From Macrostomum lignano (taxonomy: Eukaryota), in contig NIVC01000038.1 of assembly GCA_002269645.1 (NCBI GenBank), positions 744,001 through 808,000 on the forward strand: 64,000 nt of DNA. The letters are read 5' to 3'. The number at the start of each line of letters is the position of its first letter. Position 1 is the first letter of the stretch. The notes beneath the pieces were generated by a model. The model was given only the letters and a program-made list of their open reading frames with translations. It ran no database searches and had not been told where the DNA came from. Positions 12,031 through 23,900 of the stretch are shown in pieces. The translations under genes and the position numbers were made by a program.

Positions 12031-14733
12031 ACTGCGATAAGCGTATGTGAAAGCAATTACAACTGTACTATTTTCACAGAGTGGACTATATGATAGAACA
12101 TTTTCTATTTCTAAGTTTTTTACGAGCTACATTTATCAGAAGTACGAAGTTCTCCAGTGCACATTAGTTTTTATTAGTTTTCTTGCTTATTAAGTTTTCA
12201 AAGCTTCCTTAATTGCCACCATGGACCAACCCATAACACGAAACGGAAGGACATTGGTTAAACTATTTGTTGCCAACCTTCTGAAGCAAGCATCAAGTAA
12301 CCTTTCCTCCCGACTGGACTAGAAATTTGGCTTTGATTATCTAAGAAATTGGCTATTTAAATACTTAAACAGATTTTAACAGTACTGTTAGTTTTCTCCA
12401 TTTCTCGTGTTGGGAGTCTCAGATTTTATTCTAGAAATATAATAGTTTTTAAAACGAGCTGACTTCAAGATTTGTTTACCCCTTTTCTAGCTCGTAACTA
12501 CTAGTATTAACAAGTTCTTGTTTGAGCATGATTTTAGATTCGAGAATGTCTGCAAAAACAGTTCCGGTGTTGGAATTCTGCCCGGATTCAACAGCTGTTA
12601 TTGTAGACTTATGTATGACTTATTTATGTATGTATGACTTATTGTAGACAACTGTGGTTGTAGACTTATAATAAAGAAAAGCCTAGGGAGGCAAGGCAAG
12701 AGAAGCTGGAGAACACTTGAACATGAGGCAGCCAAGACAATGGAATGCAGCAAGCAAGTAAGGGGCTAAGAGTGGAATGCAGCAACGGAGGCAAAAAAAT
12801 TACAGCAGCCACCATCCATTTCAAAGCTAACTGAAGCTCAAGGATGAGGCGGCTGACAGGCTCGAGCACCGACCGGAGAATATTAAATGAGCCCGGCACG
12901 GGGCCGCTCCTGGGAGGAGTCAGCGTGGCTTCAAAGACCGACAGCCACCCTTGACGAGCGTAGCAACCGAGGGATGAACGCGCGGACCGGGCCGCACAAG
13001 AGGACAGTGAAAGAACTCAGGACTGACTTCCCCCAAATGTTTGTGCAAAACTTGCCGTCGTTAACCACTCGACAACCCCCATCGACGGCAGGGAATGAAA
13101 TTGTGGGATATTTTTTAGAATAGACGGGAGCTCCGCCTCCAGGGGCACTTCTTTGCTCCTCGCTTTTAAAGAACCTAATTTCACAAACTGAAGTCCTACA
13201 TTCATTGGAGTTAACGACAAACTTGAGACAAGGAAGAGTATAACCAACAGCGATCTCGGTTTTAAGGTCTCTAAAATACAGCGGAATCCATTAGAACTAA
13301 ATTTAGAAGAAGGTATATCACTAAAAAAGGTTGTGAAGGACATTAGATCGTATGAAGTTTTCACAAGGCCTTTAACCGAATGAACTTATGACAAGTAACT
13401 TGATAGAAACTGTTTATGCATCAGATTTTAAGTATAACTTAGTTCAAATATGCTTAGATACATGTAGCTCGAACCGAATTTTATAAAAGTGTACGACTAA
13501 CAGTTTTGATTTTCATGTTTGGTTGAAAGTCAAAGTGAAAGTTTGGTTAATAAACTGCAGCATAAAGGTTTCATAGCTGAATTTTTTTATTTTGACTTTA
13601 TGCTCGACGACAATATAGTGACAAAGTAAACTATTGATTATTGAACGCTTGTATCGAGGATTTGTGCTTTCGCAAAATTACACGTATGTATAGGTACTGT
13701 TTATCATGTCATAATAAAACTGGGTAATAAATTCAAACTAGATGATGAGGACGCACTTTTTTCCAATTCCGCGCTAGCACATGGGCTCTAACTTACTAGC
13801 CTACTGACAGCAGGCTACGGGCATTTTTATCCTTTTTCTGCGAATTGTCATAGAATCTATACTAGATATAATGTTTGGTCATACTAGTAGTCATAATAAC
13901 ATAGCCGCAGCTTTTTGGGTCGTAAATAATCGTTTTCAAAGTTTGTCTGACAGCCACCTGCGCCTCACTCAGTGTTGAGGCGGGCGCCAGATGGTCTGAG
14001 GGGATGCGGGCGGTAGCTTTTTTCTCATCATTTTGACAGGCCATCAGATTAATGAGGTCAGAGCCTATTGTTCGGATTCACTCAAGCGTGTGACAGCTTT
14101 GACAGCTATGCGTTTTACCCCTAAAAGTATCTTGGGATTAGCGATTAGCGATTTCTCTTCATTATCTTCACTTTCTATTTAATAAGAGCTTTCTAATGTA
14201 TATTTTTTCATTAATTTCTGTCAATCCTACGCGAAAAGTCATAAATCATTTTGTTGCGATTTTGATTGATTTATGGCCGCGCCTGTCATCTTTTTACGAA
14301 CCTGTGGGAACTGATAGGATCTCCCGGTCACGTGATTCTGGGTAGCAACAAGCTTAGCCAATCAGAAAATTCGGCGCTCATTTTAACAAAACGGCTCAGC
14401 AAATCAGAATCGACGTGTTCCATTATAACATTATAACAAAGTGGTCCAGTTGGCGGCTATTTAAACCGGTGTTTTTGGCCCGCTCGGACCTCAACCGGCT
14501 CTCCCGCGCGGAGGAATCTTCCCGACATTTCTGGTTCCCGGAGCCCGACCGTCGTCTCTTGATCCCCGGATTGCGACTTCCCCCTCATCATCAAGGACGA
14601 GTCCCCCGGTCATCAGCAGCGAACATCAAAGTTAAGATCATCACCTGCTAGCTATCAGCGAAGATTGTGTCAGCATCATCCCGAGTCTACAGCTAGACCA
14701 ATGACACCCCAACAGCAAAAGAGACGAACAGCA

Positions 14734-15494
14734 TGTGACGTTGTCAGTTTAAAGTGGTTCCGCAAAAGGGCCGTTGGACTACAATTTCACTACAATTTCT
14801 CATTTAATATTCTCCAATCGTGTATTCTCACGTTTACTTGTAGTAGCGCCCAACGAATCTGTATCAATTGCTAATCATTGCGTACATTGTAATCTTTGCG
14901 TACGTCTGTAGGGTCTCGCACGATCAATAATTTCAGTTCTCACTTTTCCCCCGCCAGCCAATGAAAACTCTCCGCATTTATTATGCTAACCTTCCTGCGC
15001 TCCTTTATTAACACCGCCTGGCAGCGGGCTGGGGCTTTTCACTTTTCCTCCCTTTCCTTTCCTTCCTTCTTGCCCTCTCGCTTGTCTCTCCTTATCTCTC
15101 GCCACGGCTCCACCCTGTCTGGGCCAGACTTGTTTACGCATTCGTGCTCCACCTTGTACTGCCACGGGCTAGCGCCCAATCACGCCACTACTTGTCTATT
15201 TGCTACTCACTGCCACCACCGTACTCAGCGCCATCACTTGCCACTTTGCTTCACCCACATCCTTCATCATCTGCTTGACTTCATAACTTCAATTACATCA
15301 ACCCGTTGTTGCAGCCGCCAGTGCCCCAGAACACTATAACTCTTGTATTGACATTAATCATATTGACTACGACAATAAACAGTTTACGGCAGTCCTCTGC
15401 CACCATACGCCAAGTGCTTCCGCTACACAACCCACTCCGCAAGAGTTTGACTTCACCATTAATTAGGGACTACAACGACTACAAAAACGTGACA
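14734..15494 (+). mobile_element. solo LTR (761 bp) inserted in the Ngaro B2 repeat
   Basis: Termini TGTGACGTT...AACGTGACA form an inverted pair with 1 mismatch. A 4-bp TSD AGCA lies at 14730-14733 and 15495-15498. Removing the insert restores the B1 sequence. An AATAAA occurs near 15374. Confidence 0.85.
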
Positions 15495-15618
15495 AGCAGG
15501 CAGGCAAAGGTCTATGGCCCGAAGCAGCGCGAGAGGTGGAGAAAGCGACCCCGTAGTAACGATAAGTTTATTTAGCAAGCAAACGAGATTAAAAGAACAA
15601 ACAATGTGTTTAAAAAAC

Positions 15619-15809
15619 TTTTGAGCTGCAAAGCCAAAGCGAGCGACGGGGCACAGAGGGCGGCGTGCATATAAATAAGCGGGTGAGCAAACCCCCCACC
15701 CCACGGGGGGTAGAGAGGACGGAGCACAAAGGCGGCACAATGTACAGCGCGAGGGGTGGATGGCTAACACCCATTTCACTCCAGGCTTACAAAAGAGCCT
15801 AAGAGAAAT
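15619..15809. repeat. Ngaro split direct repeat A2
   Basis: Nearly identical to 18761-18950; two small differences were seen by eye. Confidence 0.95.
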
Positions 15810-16029
15810 GGAGGCATTAACCATCACACCCCAACAGCAAAAGAGACGAACAGCAGGAAGGCAAAGGTCTATAGCCCGAAGCAGCGCGAGAGGTAGGGAA
15901 ATCGACCCCAACCCCGAAAAAAGGAGAGAACAGGAAGATAAAAGCAAGGAGGCAGAAAAAGTAAGCGAAGCCAGGCCATAAACGCCAAGGTAAAACTCCA
16001 AAGGGTCAAAAAAACGAGCGAGTAAGCAG

Positions 16030-16970
16030 TCAAGAGGCCAGGCGGGCAGCGACTCGCCGAGCTGCCGCCCGACGGCGGGCAAAGGACGCCTCATCAGAGA
16101 AATACCGAAAGACGCAGTCTGAACGCCAGTCGCCCATGCAACGGATGTCGGCGATTGAGAGGCCTGACTGAAAGGCGGCGCTGGCCCCGCCTCTACGCAG
16201 ACTGTGACCTGAGAAGCCGCACTCGCCAAAGCCGCACAGAGACATGCCCCGCTTTAGGAGCCGGATGAGCTTAGCGGCAGACAAGAGAGTCCGGCCGCGG
16301 CTGCCTACGACAGAAAACAGGGGCTGCTGCGACGCGTAGATTTGATTCTCGCGCAGATAAGTTGCTAGTGTGGAAGCGGGACAGATAAGCAGGCATTCAG
16401 AGGCCTGCGGCAGAAAAACTTCCAGTTGCCGCTCCTTGAATTGGTTTGTTTTTGACCTGCTGAGCACCAGCCGCAGACCACCGGGGCACGCTAATAGGCA
16501 GCTCCGGGGAAGAGCGTCCGCAGCGGTGGATGGTAAGAGCTCGCCGAGCCTAAGGACTCCCCACCAGGCCACCAGAAATGCTGCCTTGAAGGCGGCCAGC
16601 AGACGGGGCGGCAGCGAATGACGTAGCTCGGTGGAGCTGCAGAGCAGGCGGAGGTGGCTGGGCTTCAGCGGCGTCGCACGCCGAGGCTGCCGGCTCAGAA
16701 GACGCCGAGCCCCGCGACACACGAGAGCCAGGCGAGCGCTGCCCTTGGTCGGGTCTGGCGACGCGGAAGCCCTATGTAGGAAAGACACCGCACTGAGGCT
16801 TGACTGCACACTGGAGTAGGACGCCGGTCCACGTTGTACCAGGAACGAGACAAATTGGTAGACATCAGACTCGGAGGCGGCGGTCGCGGGAATTCGACGC
16901 TACCGGCAGGATTCGTTCCAGACTTGTAGGTGGCTCGCATAGGACTTCCTGGAACTAGGCGCTAGTGACA
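16030..16970 (-). pseudogene. tyrosine recombinase ORF of the Ngaro element, with one in-frame TAG at 16900-16902
   Basis: SLAPSSRKSY...*...YSSVQSSLSAVSFLH N-terminal region, then GVLRLGELL, RSKTNQ, GHSLRRGGAS and GDWRSDCVFRY. The catalytic R, K, HxxR, W and Y are all present. Confidence 0.92.
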
Positions 16971-18215
16971 GGCGGCACAGAGCGGACACAGACACGGTGG
17001 AGCGGAGCGGAGCGCGGCTGCGACCTGTGAATGAAGAGCGGTGCGAGACACGGCAGAAATGGTGTGGGAAGCAAATTCGAAAGGGCAAATGCATAAAGAG
17101 CCGTAAAGACGGCAGCAAAAATTAATGAGCTCTCTGCTCGAGCCCCCCATTCTAGAAGCGGAGTCGCTCAGCAGCTGCATCTGGCCAGGAAGGTGGAACG
17201 CCTGGAGCTGAATTCCCGACGTGAGGCACACGAGAGCAACGGTCTGATAGATGCGGATGAGCAGAGGATGCCGACAGGACAGCTTATTGACCATGCCGAC
17301 GGCAGCAATGCTATCCGAGTAAATCACCACGCGGCTGTTCCTAAGCTGCTCTCGGAAGCGCAGGATGGTAAGCAGCGGAGCCAGCGCCTCTTTGTGGTTG
17401 ATGTGAAGGTCGCGGAACTTGCTCTCGAAGTCCTTCTCCCAGCTGAAGTACGTCCAGTCATTGAATTCGCTGCCAAAGACGATGCCAGCAGCACCCTCGC
17501 AACTGCTATCAGATTCGATGGCCACAAGTTGACGAAAACCGGGGCGAATGACCGTCGGCGGCAGAGAGCTCACGATATGCCGCCACCAGAGGAAGAGGTT
17601 GCGAAGCTCAGATGGCAGCCGGGTGTCCATTCTGTAGCTGAGGATGTCGAAGAGCGGGCGCAGGAAAGGACGCAAAAGCCTGTTGATCTGGTTGAGACAG
17701 CACAACTTTCCGGCCAGTTTTTCGAGCTGCTTCAGTTTAACAACGTCACGTGACAGGCAATCGTTCAGCAGTTTCCGAATGTCGTTTTTCTTGTTGCTTG
17801 GAAGTGACAGGGTGCCGTTCACAGTGTCAACCAGCACGCCGAGAAACACAACGTGTTGAGCTGGAGCCACGGTCTTCTGCCAGTTGATGTCGAAGCCTAA
17901 GTTCTGCAGCAGACCAACCAGATAATTTAAGGCCTCCTGAGCCGCTTTTTCAGTATCAGCGGCTACTGCCCAGTCGTCCAAGTGTTGACGGTAGCTGTGA
18001 AGCCAATGCTGAGCATGTGGCGCTTGATGAAGGCCGATATGCGATGGAAAATTTCACATGATGCTCGAGCACCAAAGGGCAACCGGGTGTCAACGAGCAC
18101 CGAGTCTTCGCTGTCGGCAGCAAACCGCCAGCTGAGGCCCGTGAGCACCTGGTCGTCTGGGTGAATACCGACGGAACGATAGGCCTGCTTGAGGTCGATT
18201 GAACGAGACCAGGTT
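16962..18215 (-). pseudogene. reverse transcriptase/RNase H ORF of the Ngaro element, N-terminally deleted and frameshifted
   Basis: SIDLKQAY, RLPFGARAS, LGFDINWQK, VFLGVLVDT, ESDSS, HINHKE, YSDS, and LSDSASR motifs. A 1-nt deletion near 17985 changes N-Y-L-D-D into AAC-AC-TTG-GAC-GAC. Confidence 0.92.
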
Positions 18216-18749
18216 CCCGTTCTCCATGCAGGCTGTGAGGCTCTCATTAGGTTGATTTGAACTGGGCTTGACAAAATCGCGAATCAGATAAGCCCTGCTA
18301 GGCTTTTTGTCACACTGGCTTCTGCCGGGATCTGTAAGAGCGCCGCCTAACAAAAACGCCTCATGCAAGCCAGCATTTTCTCTCCGCTCACCTTGTTGTG
18401 GAGGTTCCTGAGACCGGTGATTCTGCGACTGATTGAGCTCGCTTTGCAGTTGTGCGCGGCGCCGAGTCAGAGCTTCAATCTCCAGCTGCTCGACCTCCTT
18501 CCTCAGAGCCGCCAGGTCGCTCGCCGCGCTCCCTGAAGCTCCGTGTCCACCCGTCGAATGTCCACCGTCGATGGTGTCTGAGTTGAGGCTTGCGTCGTGA
18601 CTTTTTGCTGCAGCTGGATACTCAGACATAGCACGCAGGTGTCTGTGTAGACGCTCATAGAGTTGTTGTTTACGACCAGCTTGTGAGAGGCCTCGCTAAG
18701 CTAGCTCTTGTTTGAGCTGTTTAATTGTAAAATTGCTTGCACTTTCCAT
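18200..18749 (-). pseudogene. ORF1 (gag-like) of the Ngaro element with an N-terminal SAP-like domain, interrupted by TAG at 18696-18698
   Basis: ATG at 18749 reads MESASNFTIKQLKQELA*RGLSQAGRKQQLYERLHRHLRA, in frame with the 18629 ORF. A coiled-coil segment and YLIRDFV follow, then a truncation. Confidence 0.75.
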
Positions 18750-18760
18750 GATGGTAAAAA

Positions 18761-18950
18761 TTTTGAGCTGCAAAGCCAAAGCGAGCGACGGGGCACAGAG
18801 GGCGGCGTGCATATAAATAAGCGGGTGAGCAAACCCCCCACCCCACGGGGGGTAGAGAGGACGGAGCACAAAGGCGGCACAATGTACAGCGCGAGGGGTG
18901 GATGGCAACACCCATTTCACTCCAGGCTCACAAAAGAGCCTAAGAGAAAT
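18761..18950. repeat. Ngaro split direct repeat A1
   Basis: Direct repeat of 15619-15809. It lies immediately upstream of the ORF1 ATG on the - strand. Confidence 0.95.
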
Positions 18951-19519
18951 TGAGTCATCAAACAGGCTCTTCCAATCATTCCACTGCGTCGTTGATGGTC
19001 CCGGTTGAGGCAGGAATTGCTCTGGTGGCGAGATGTTGATCCTTGGCACCTCCGATGTGCTAGGAGCTGTCGCTGACTGAGACATTCTGAGCACTGTGTA
19101 CTTTTGCGGTTTGGCGCTTGTTTACTTCGCAAAGGCGGCCTTTTAGGCTGGGCTGGCACTCAACTTGTTAGTGAAGACTCAAAACCCCAAATTGTGGGGG
19201 GTTTGGCCAAGCTTGCGACGCCAATGTTGTGTTGAGAGAGTCAGACTGATTTTTGGGGTACACACGAACTTAGACCAAGTTGGCCATCCGACTGGTATAA
19301 TTTATACTTTGATATTTACTTAGCTGCGACCGATCAATATCGACAAAGAGATGTACATAGCAGATGTCTGCAAAACACAATAGTGTCGGCCAGTTTTCGG
19401 CTTTGGCTTTTCTGAGTCTTGGAAGCTAAGGGTACCAGCTGATGTAATAGTTCATGTTGTTCTCAATCCCATTCCACTGCCGCTTTTATCTAATGTGCCT
19501 AAGCCTAGTGCTTTTAGTG

Positions 19520-20119
19520 CAGGGGTCAGCAAGCTTTTTACCTCAAGTGCCGGATTGAGAACAGCGCGACTGCCCTCTGCATGGGTCCGCTTTGCTGGCC
19601 CCCTAAGCAAAATGCGCGCCCAGGAGTCCCTGATTACTGCGGGCTATAGGGAGAGAGGATGAGGAATAAAGAACAGAAATACGAGTCCAGGAGAATGGAG
19701 AGGCGAAGGAATAAAGGAGAGGAGAGGAGAAAGGTGAGGAGATGAGAGAACAGAAGAGAGGTGAGGAAATTAGAGGAGAGGAAAGGAGAGGAGATGAGAG
19801 GAGAGGAGAGAGAAGTGAGGAGAGGTGGGGAGATGAGAGGAAAGGAGAGAGGATAGGAGATGAGAAGAGAGGAGAGGAGAGGAGAGGAAAGGAGAGAGGA
19901 GAGGAGATAGGTAAGGAGATGAGAGGAGATAAGAGAGGTGATGAGAGGAGATTAGAGGAGAATACGAGAAGAGAGAGGTGAGGGAAGAGAGATGAGAAGA
20001 GACACAAACATCGAGCGGGGCGGATTGCCATTGTGAAGATTCAAAGGACCCAATTAAGGCCTGGATGAGGCTTTGCGGGGCCACATTTTGCCTCTCAGGC
20101 CGGAGTTTGCCAACCCCTG
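19520..20119. mobile_element. hAT-like MITE with an internal GA-rich microsatellite
   Basis: TIRs CAGGGGTCAGCAAGCT / AGTTTGCCAACCCCTG, with an 8-bp TSD TTTTAGTG / TTTTAGTA (7 of 8 match). Confidence 0.8.
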
Positions 20120-20679
20120 TTTTAGTATTTAGCCCTTTTACTTTGGCATCTCTGATCGAAATTCCGAGTCCGCCGCAATCCCAAAGACAATTAAACCGCT
20201 TCTGGCGCTGCAACTAAAAGCACTAAAATGCCGTCAGATACATGTAAAAGAATAAAGAGTCAGCGCCAAGAGGAACTGAAGGAGGCAGCCAAGAGATCCA
20301 GAAAATTACTGGTCTTGCCCTGGCAATTTTCATGCATTCATTTGAGATATTTACTAAATACATGTAAATTGATAGTGCAGTAGTGCAGTGCGCAATGTTT
20401 GAATTTGTTGAAAATTCGAACATTTTTCACACTTTGGCCACTTCCAACACAGAATTGAATATTGGCCTGGTTGTCACAATTAATGTCGCAAACTGACGTA
20501 GGTAACAGCAGGAGTTAGGGTGCCCTTAGATTAAAAAATCATGTGCAATGTGCCTCCCACCAATAGCCCCCCCTGCACTTTTGAAATATATTGTTCCGAC
20601 ACCGCTGGCAGCACAAGTAATTAACTGCGTGCAACTGAGTTTACATGTAGTAAAATTGTGAAGGAAGGAAAGAACTCTC

Positions 20680-20900
20680 GCGGGAAAACCTTGCTGCAGG
20701 AAAATATCGGCTGGGAAATCTCAGCTGAGAATCTCCAGCGGGAATGAAACCTCGCTGCGGGAAAAACTCGTGCGGGAAAACCTCCTGCGGGAAAACCTCG
20801 CTGCGGGATAAACTCCCGCGAGAAAAACTTCTGCGGGGCCTCGCTGCGGGAAAAGCTCGCGGGGGAAAACTGCGAGAAAACCTCGCTGTTGGAAAAGGAA
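20680..20900. repeat. degenerate short tandem repeat with a GCGGGAAAACCTCGCT core
   Basis: Repeated GCGGGAAAA motif visible directly in the sequence. Confidence 0.7.
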
Positions 20901-23900
20901 AACTTTCTGTAGGCAATTCTCGTGTTCTCGGATAGACCAACAACTCAGATTAATTTGCAATTATTCCGACTCAAAAAGACGGATTAACGGAAATTAGATT
21001 ACCACATACTAACAGCATTTATAATAAAGTGTATTTATCTGCCAAATAAAGACAATTTTGTTTCAAATGCAGAAAGAAAAGTTTAAGAATTTCTTTTACT
21101 CTAGGGCACAAAACGGGCACATGTTTAACTTTTTCGAAAAGATTTATTTTATAAACGCGATTTTTTATGATCAGTTGATCCGATCCGACCGACAGTAGTT
21201 GTACGGCAAGGATATAGTTATTTATTATCAGGTGTGGAACTTTTGCACACGCTAATTTCCGTCATTTTAGGACAACAAAATGTGTATAAAAATGGTTTAT
21301 TGGGCCAAGACTGAGAAAACATAAGTAAAAGTCACGAATTCAGATTAAAAAGCAGAATCTGATAGGTCTGAATTCGATTATTTGGTCTTGAACTCTGCAA
21401 GGGGAAACTGCTAAATCCTATATACTAAGAATATCTGTCTGTTAAGAAAAAATATATGGAAGCCACACTACCATCAAATGAAGCAAATTTTCGAGCGATC
21501 ATGCAAAATGTTAGAATGATTAAATAATCTTTGACAATTACATTCACCTCATTTTTTTATGCTGTCAATTTGTAATTTTTACAAGTAGGTCTAATTTCAG
21601 GCATTCAAACTGCAGTCAACTGTCTGAGTCCGATGAAAATGACTGGGCTTCAGCTTAGAGGAAGGTGATACAAGAGTTCCAAATTGATTGCATAGCCACG
21701 GACAATATTGTTGTGTTGCACATGTTTCTTGCTGGGTCTAATAAATCAAACTTTTTTTATTCAGTAGAGTTGAAAAACTACAAGCATTTTGTGTATTAGG
21801 TTATTACTCATTAATAGTGTATAGTCTATATCAGAATACAAAGGCTAGTACTCTTATTGATTGGTGTAACTAGTGCAAAGCAAGCTAGCAATAAATCTAA
21901 CTTTAGTTTATTGTAGGCTTAGGCTACTAGTAGTAAACTTAAAAATTTGTTGAGGGGGAAGATTCTTAGATAGTAAAGACCTAGGGAAAGGGTGGAAGGG
22001 TCACAGGTAGCTTTGTTTTTGGCAAAAAATTGCTTGGTCTTACCTTTGTTCTTTTTTAGACCTTTGTGGCTTTGCCTAGGCCCTAAGAAGAAAAGAAACT
22101 AGGATTTTGAAATAGGGCTTTTTATACAATCTTTAATAAGATTAGGCCTTAGAATAGCTAGGCCTAAGCCTAATGATCTTTAAAATAATTTTCGATTAAT
22201 CAAATATATATTAAATTTGACTAGGAGCCTAAGGCCTATATCTGTATAAGGTACCAATGTGGTTTTATTTTCAAAATAATTTTTCATTTGAATTTTTATT
22301 AATACTGATAAGTTATAATGCTAATACATATAGTACTAGTATAGCTTTAAGCTATGTCATTACTATATATCCAAAAATTACTAGAGATTACTAGATATTA
22401 GGCCTAACCTAGGCCAACTCAGAGTTGGATAATGTTTATTATTTACTGAGTTGCTTACTATAGCTTAGACAGTTGCTTATTATTTATAGTATTAGGGTAC
22501 AGACTTTTGCAACCTCCAAAATTCGGTTGGCCATGTGACTTAGTTTTAACAAAAAATGTGACTTACATATAAAAAGAGCTCTAAAGCAAAATTAATGCAA
22601 CTTTGGATAAATAGCAGGAATAACTATGACTGAGGTTTTTTTTTCGCCAGAGACAAGGTGCAAAATCGCACCTTGTGCCAAATTTCAAGGTGCGATTTTA
22701 AGGCTCCGAGTGCAATTTCTCTTGAGTCTTGTTTCAGACAACTGGGAATGTATATTTTAATATCTTACATAAGGCTATAGCCATAGGCTAAATCGCCTAT
22801 ATGACTTAATAGGATTTAAAAAGTTATTTTGTTTCATATTTTAAGGCAGTGCATGAAAAATAGCTTAAGCATAGTTAAGCCTTTAAAGAAAAATGGTTAT
22901 AAGACCGCACTTAAACCGCACCTACTTTTTTAATTTCAGGGTGCAATTTTAAAATTTATTAAGGCCCTACATATATGTTAGGCTAGAGATAAAAAGAAGA
23001 CAATAATGATGCACAAGTGAAACATAGCTAACCATATTGCAATTGCACCTAGTTGTTCTTTAATTACCCTATGCAAATAGGCAGACTTAGGCCAATGGCC
23101 AACTATTCAAATTGACAAAAGCAAGTTTTTTCATAGTAAATACTAGAAAAATACTCAGGAAAATCATTGGGTCCTTTAACAAAATAAAATAGTACTATTA
23201 GTTCTACTAGTATAGTGTTTACTACATTTTTAAAATAGTAAAATAGGGAACTAACAAGTATGATAGATAATCAAGGTGCCTAATAGGTTTACTAGGCAAT
23301 CTAGTTTATTGCATTAAACTAGTTTTCAGTTTTTTACACAGAGATGATTGGAACCAATGGAATATGAGCATGCATGTGCAACCTCCAAAATTTGGTCAGC
23401 CGTGCAACTTAGTTTTAACAAAAATGTGATGTAGTTTTTGGCCAAAAATGCAACTTACATACAAAAAACCCTAAAGCAAAATTAACGCAACTTTGGATAA
23501 ATGGTAGGAGTAACTATGACTGTCTTATTAAGCCAAAATGCCTCATCAGCTACTTAGTACTACTACTTGAGTATCTGTTTGGGTGGGCATTTTTGCGACT
23601 TCCTTGGTTGGCCACCAAATCGGTGGGCCAGATTGGCCAACTTGACTAACTGTTGCACATGTATGAATATGAGTAGTAGGTATATTATAAATATTAGACA
23701 AATGTCAAGTCTTGTCTCATCTCATCTCTGTAGCTGCATGGCTAGAGTCTTAGGACATTGTTCATAGACCCAAAAATTCCTCAGGAGCCAATGTGTCTAA
23801 CTAATAAATAGTCAATATCTTGTTGGCTATCATCAGTGAAAGCTTCTATAGGTTAATATCAATGTTAAAGCACTTTGCAGTTAGCCTAAGGTTGGCTTTA

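Larger units (their letters stand above)
14702..18950 (-). mobile_element. Ngaro-type DIRS-group tyrosine-recombinase retrotransposon (inactivated)
   Basis: Order on the - strand is A1 (18761-18950), ORF1, RT/RNase H, YR, B1 (~15824-15908), A2 (15619-15809), B2 (14702-14733 plus 15495-15551). This is the split direct repeat layout. No methyltransferase domain was seen. Confidence 0.88.

Noticed and set aside
14330-14480. E-box, CCAAT and TATA-like cluster suggesting a promoter
   Set aside because: No associated gene or element boundary could be established, and such short motifs occur by chance.
10304-18698. Three in-frame TAG codons in otherwise open frames (lectin, YR, ORF1), suggesting amber reassignment
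   Set aside because: Each is a single substitution from TGG, CAG or AAG, and the same elements also carry frameshifts and deletions. TAA also interrupts the piggyBac frame. Ordinary decay is sufficient.
18950-19300. Possible LTR-element 5' region on the - strand (ACA-TTGGCGTCGC as a PBS-like site, followed by a short ORF)
   Set aside because: No matching LTR or pol sequence was found, so it cannot be supported.
19603-20213. Ser/Leu/Pro-rich and Arg/Gly/Glu-rich ORFs here and at 60930-61474
   Set aside because: These are translations of the GA/CT tract inside MITEs.
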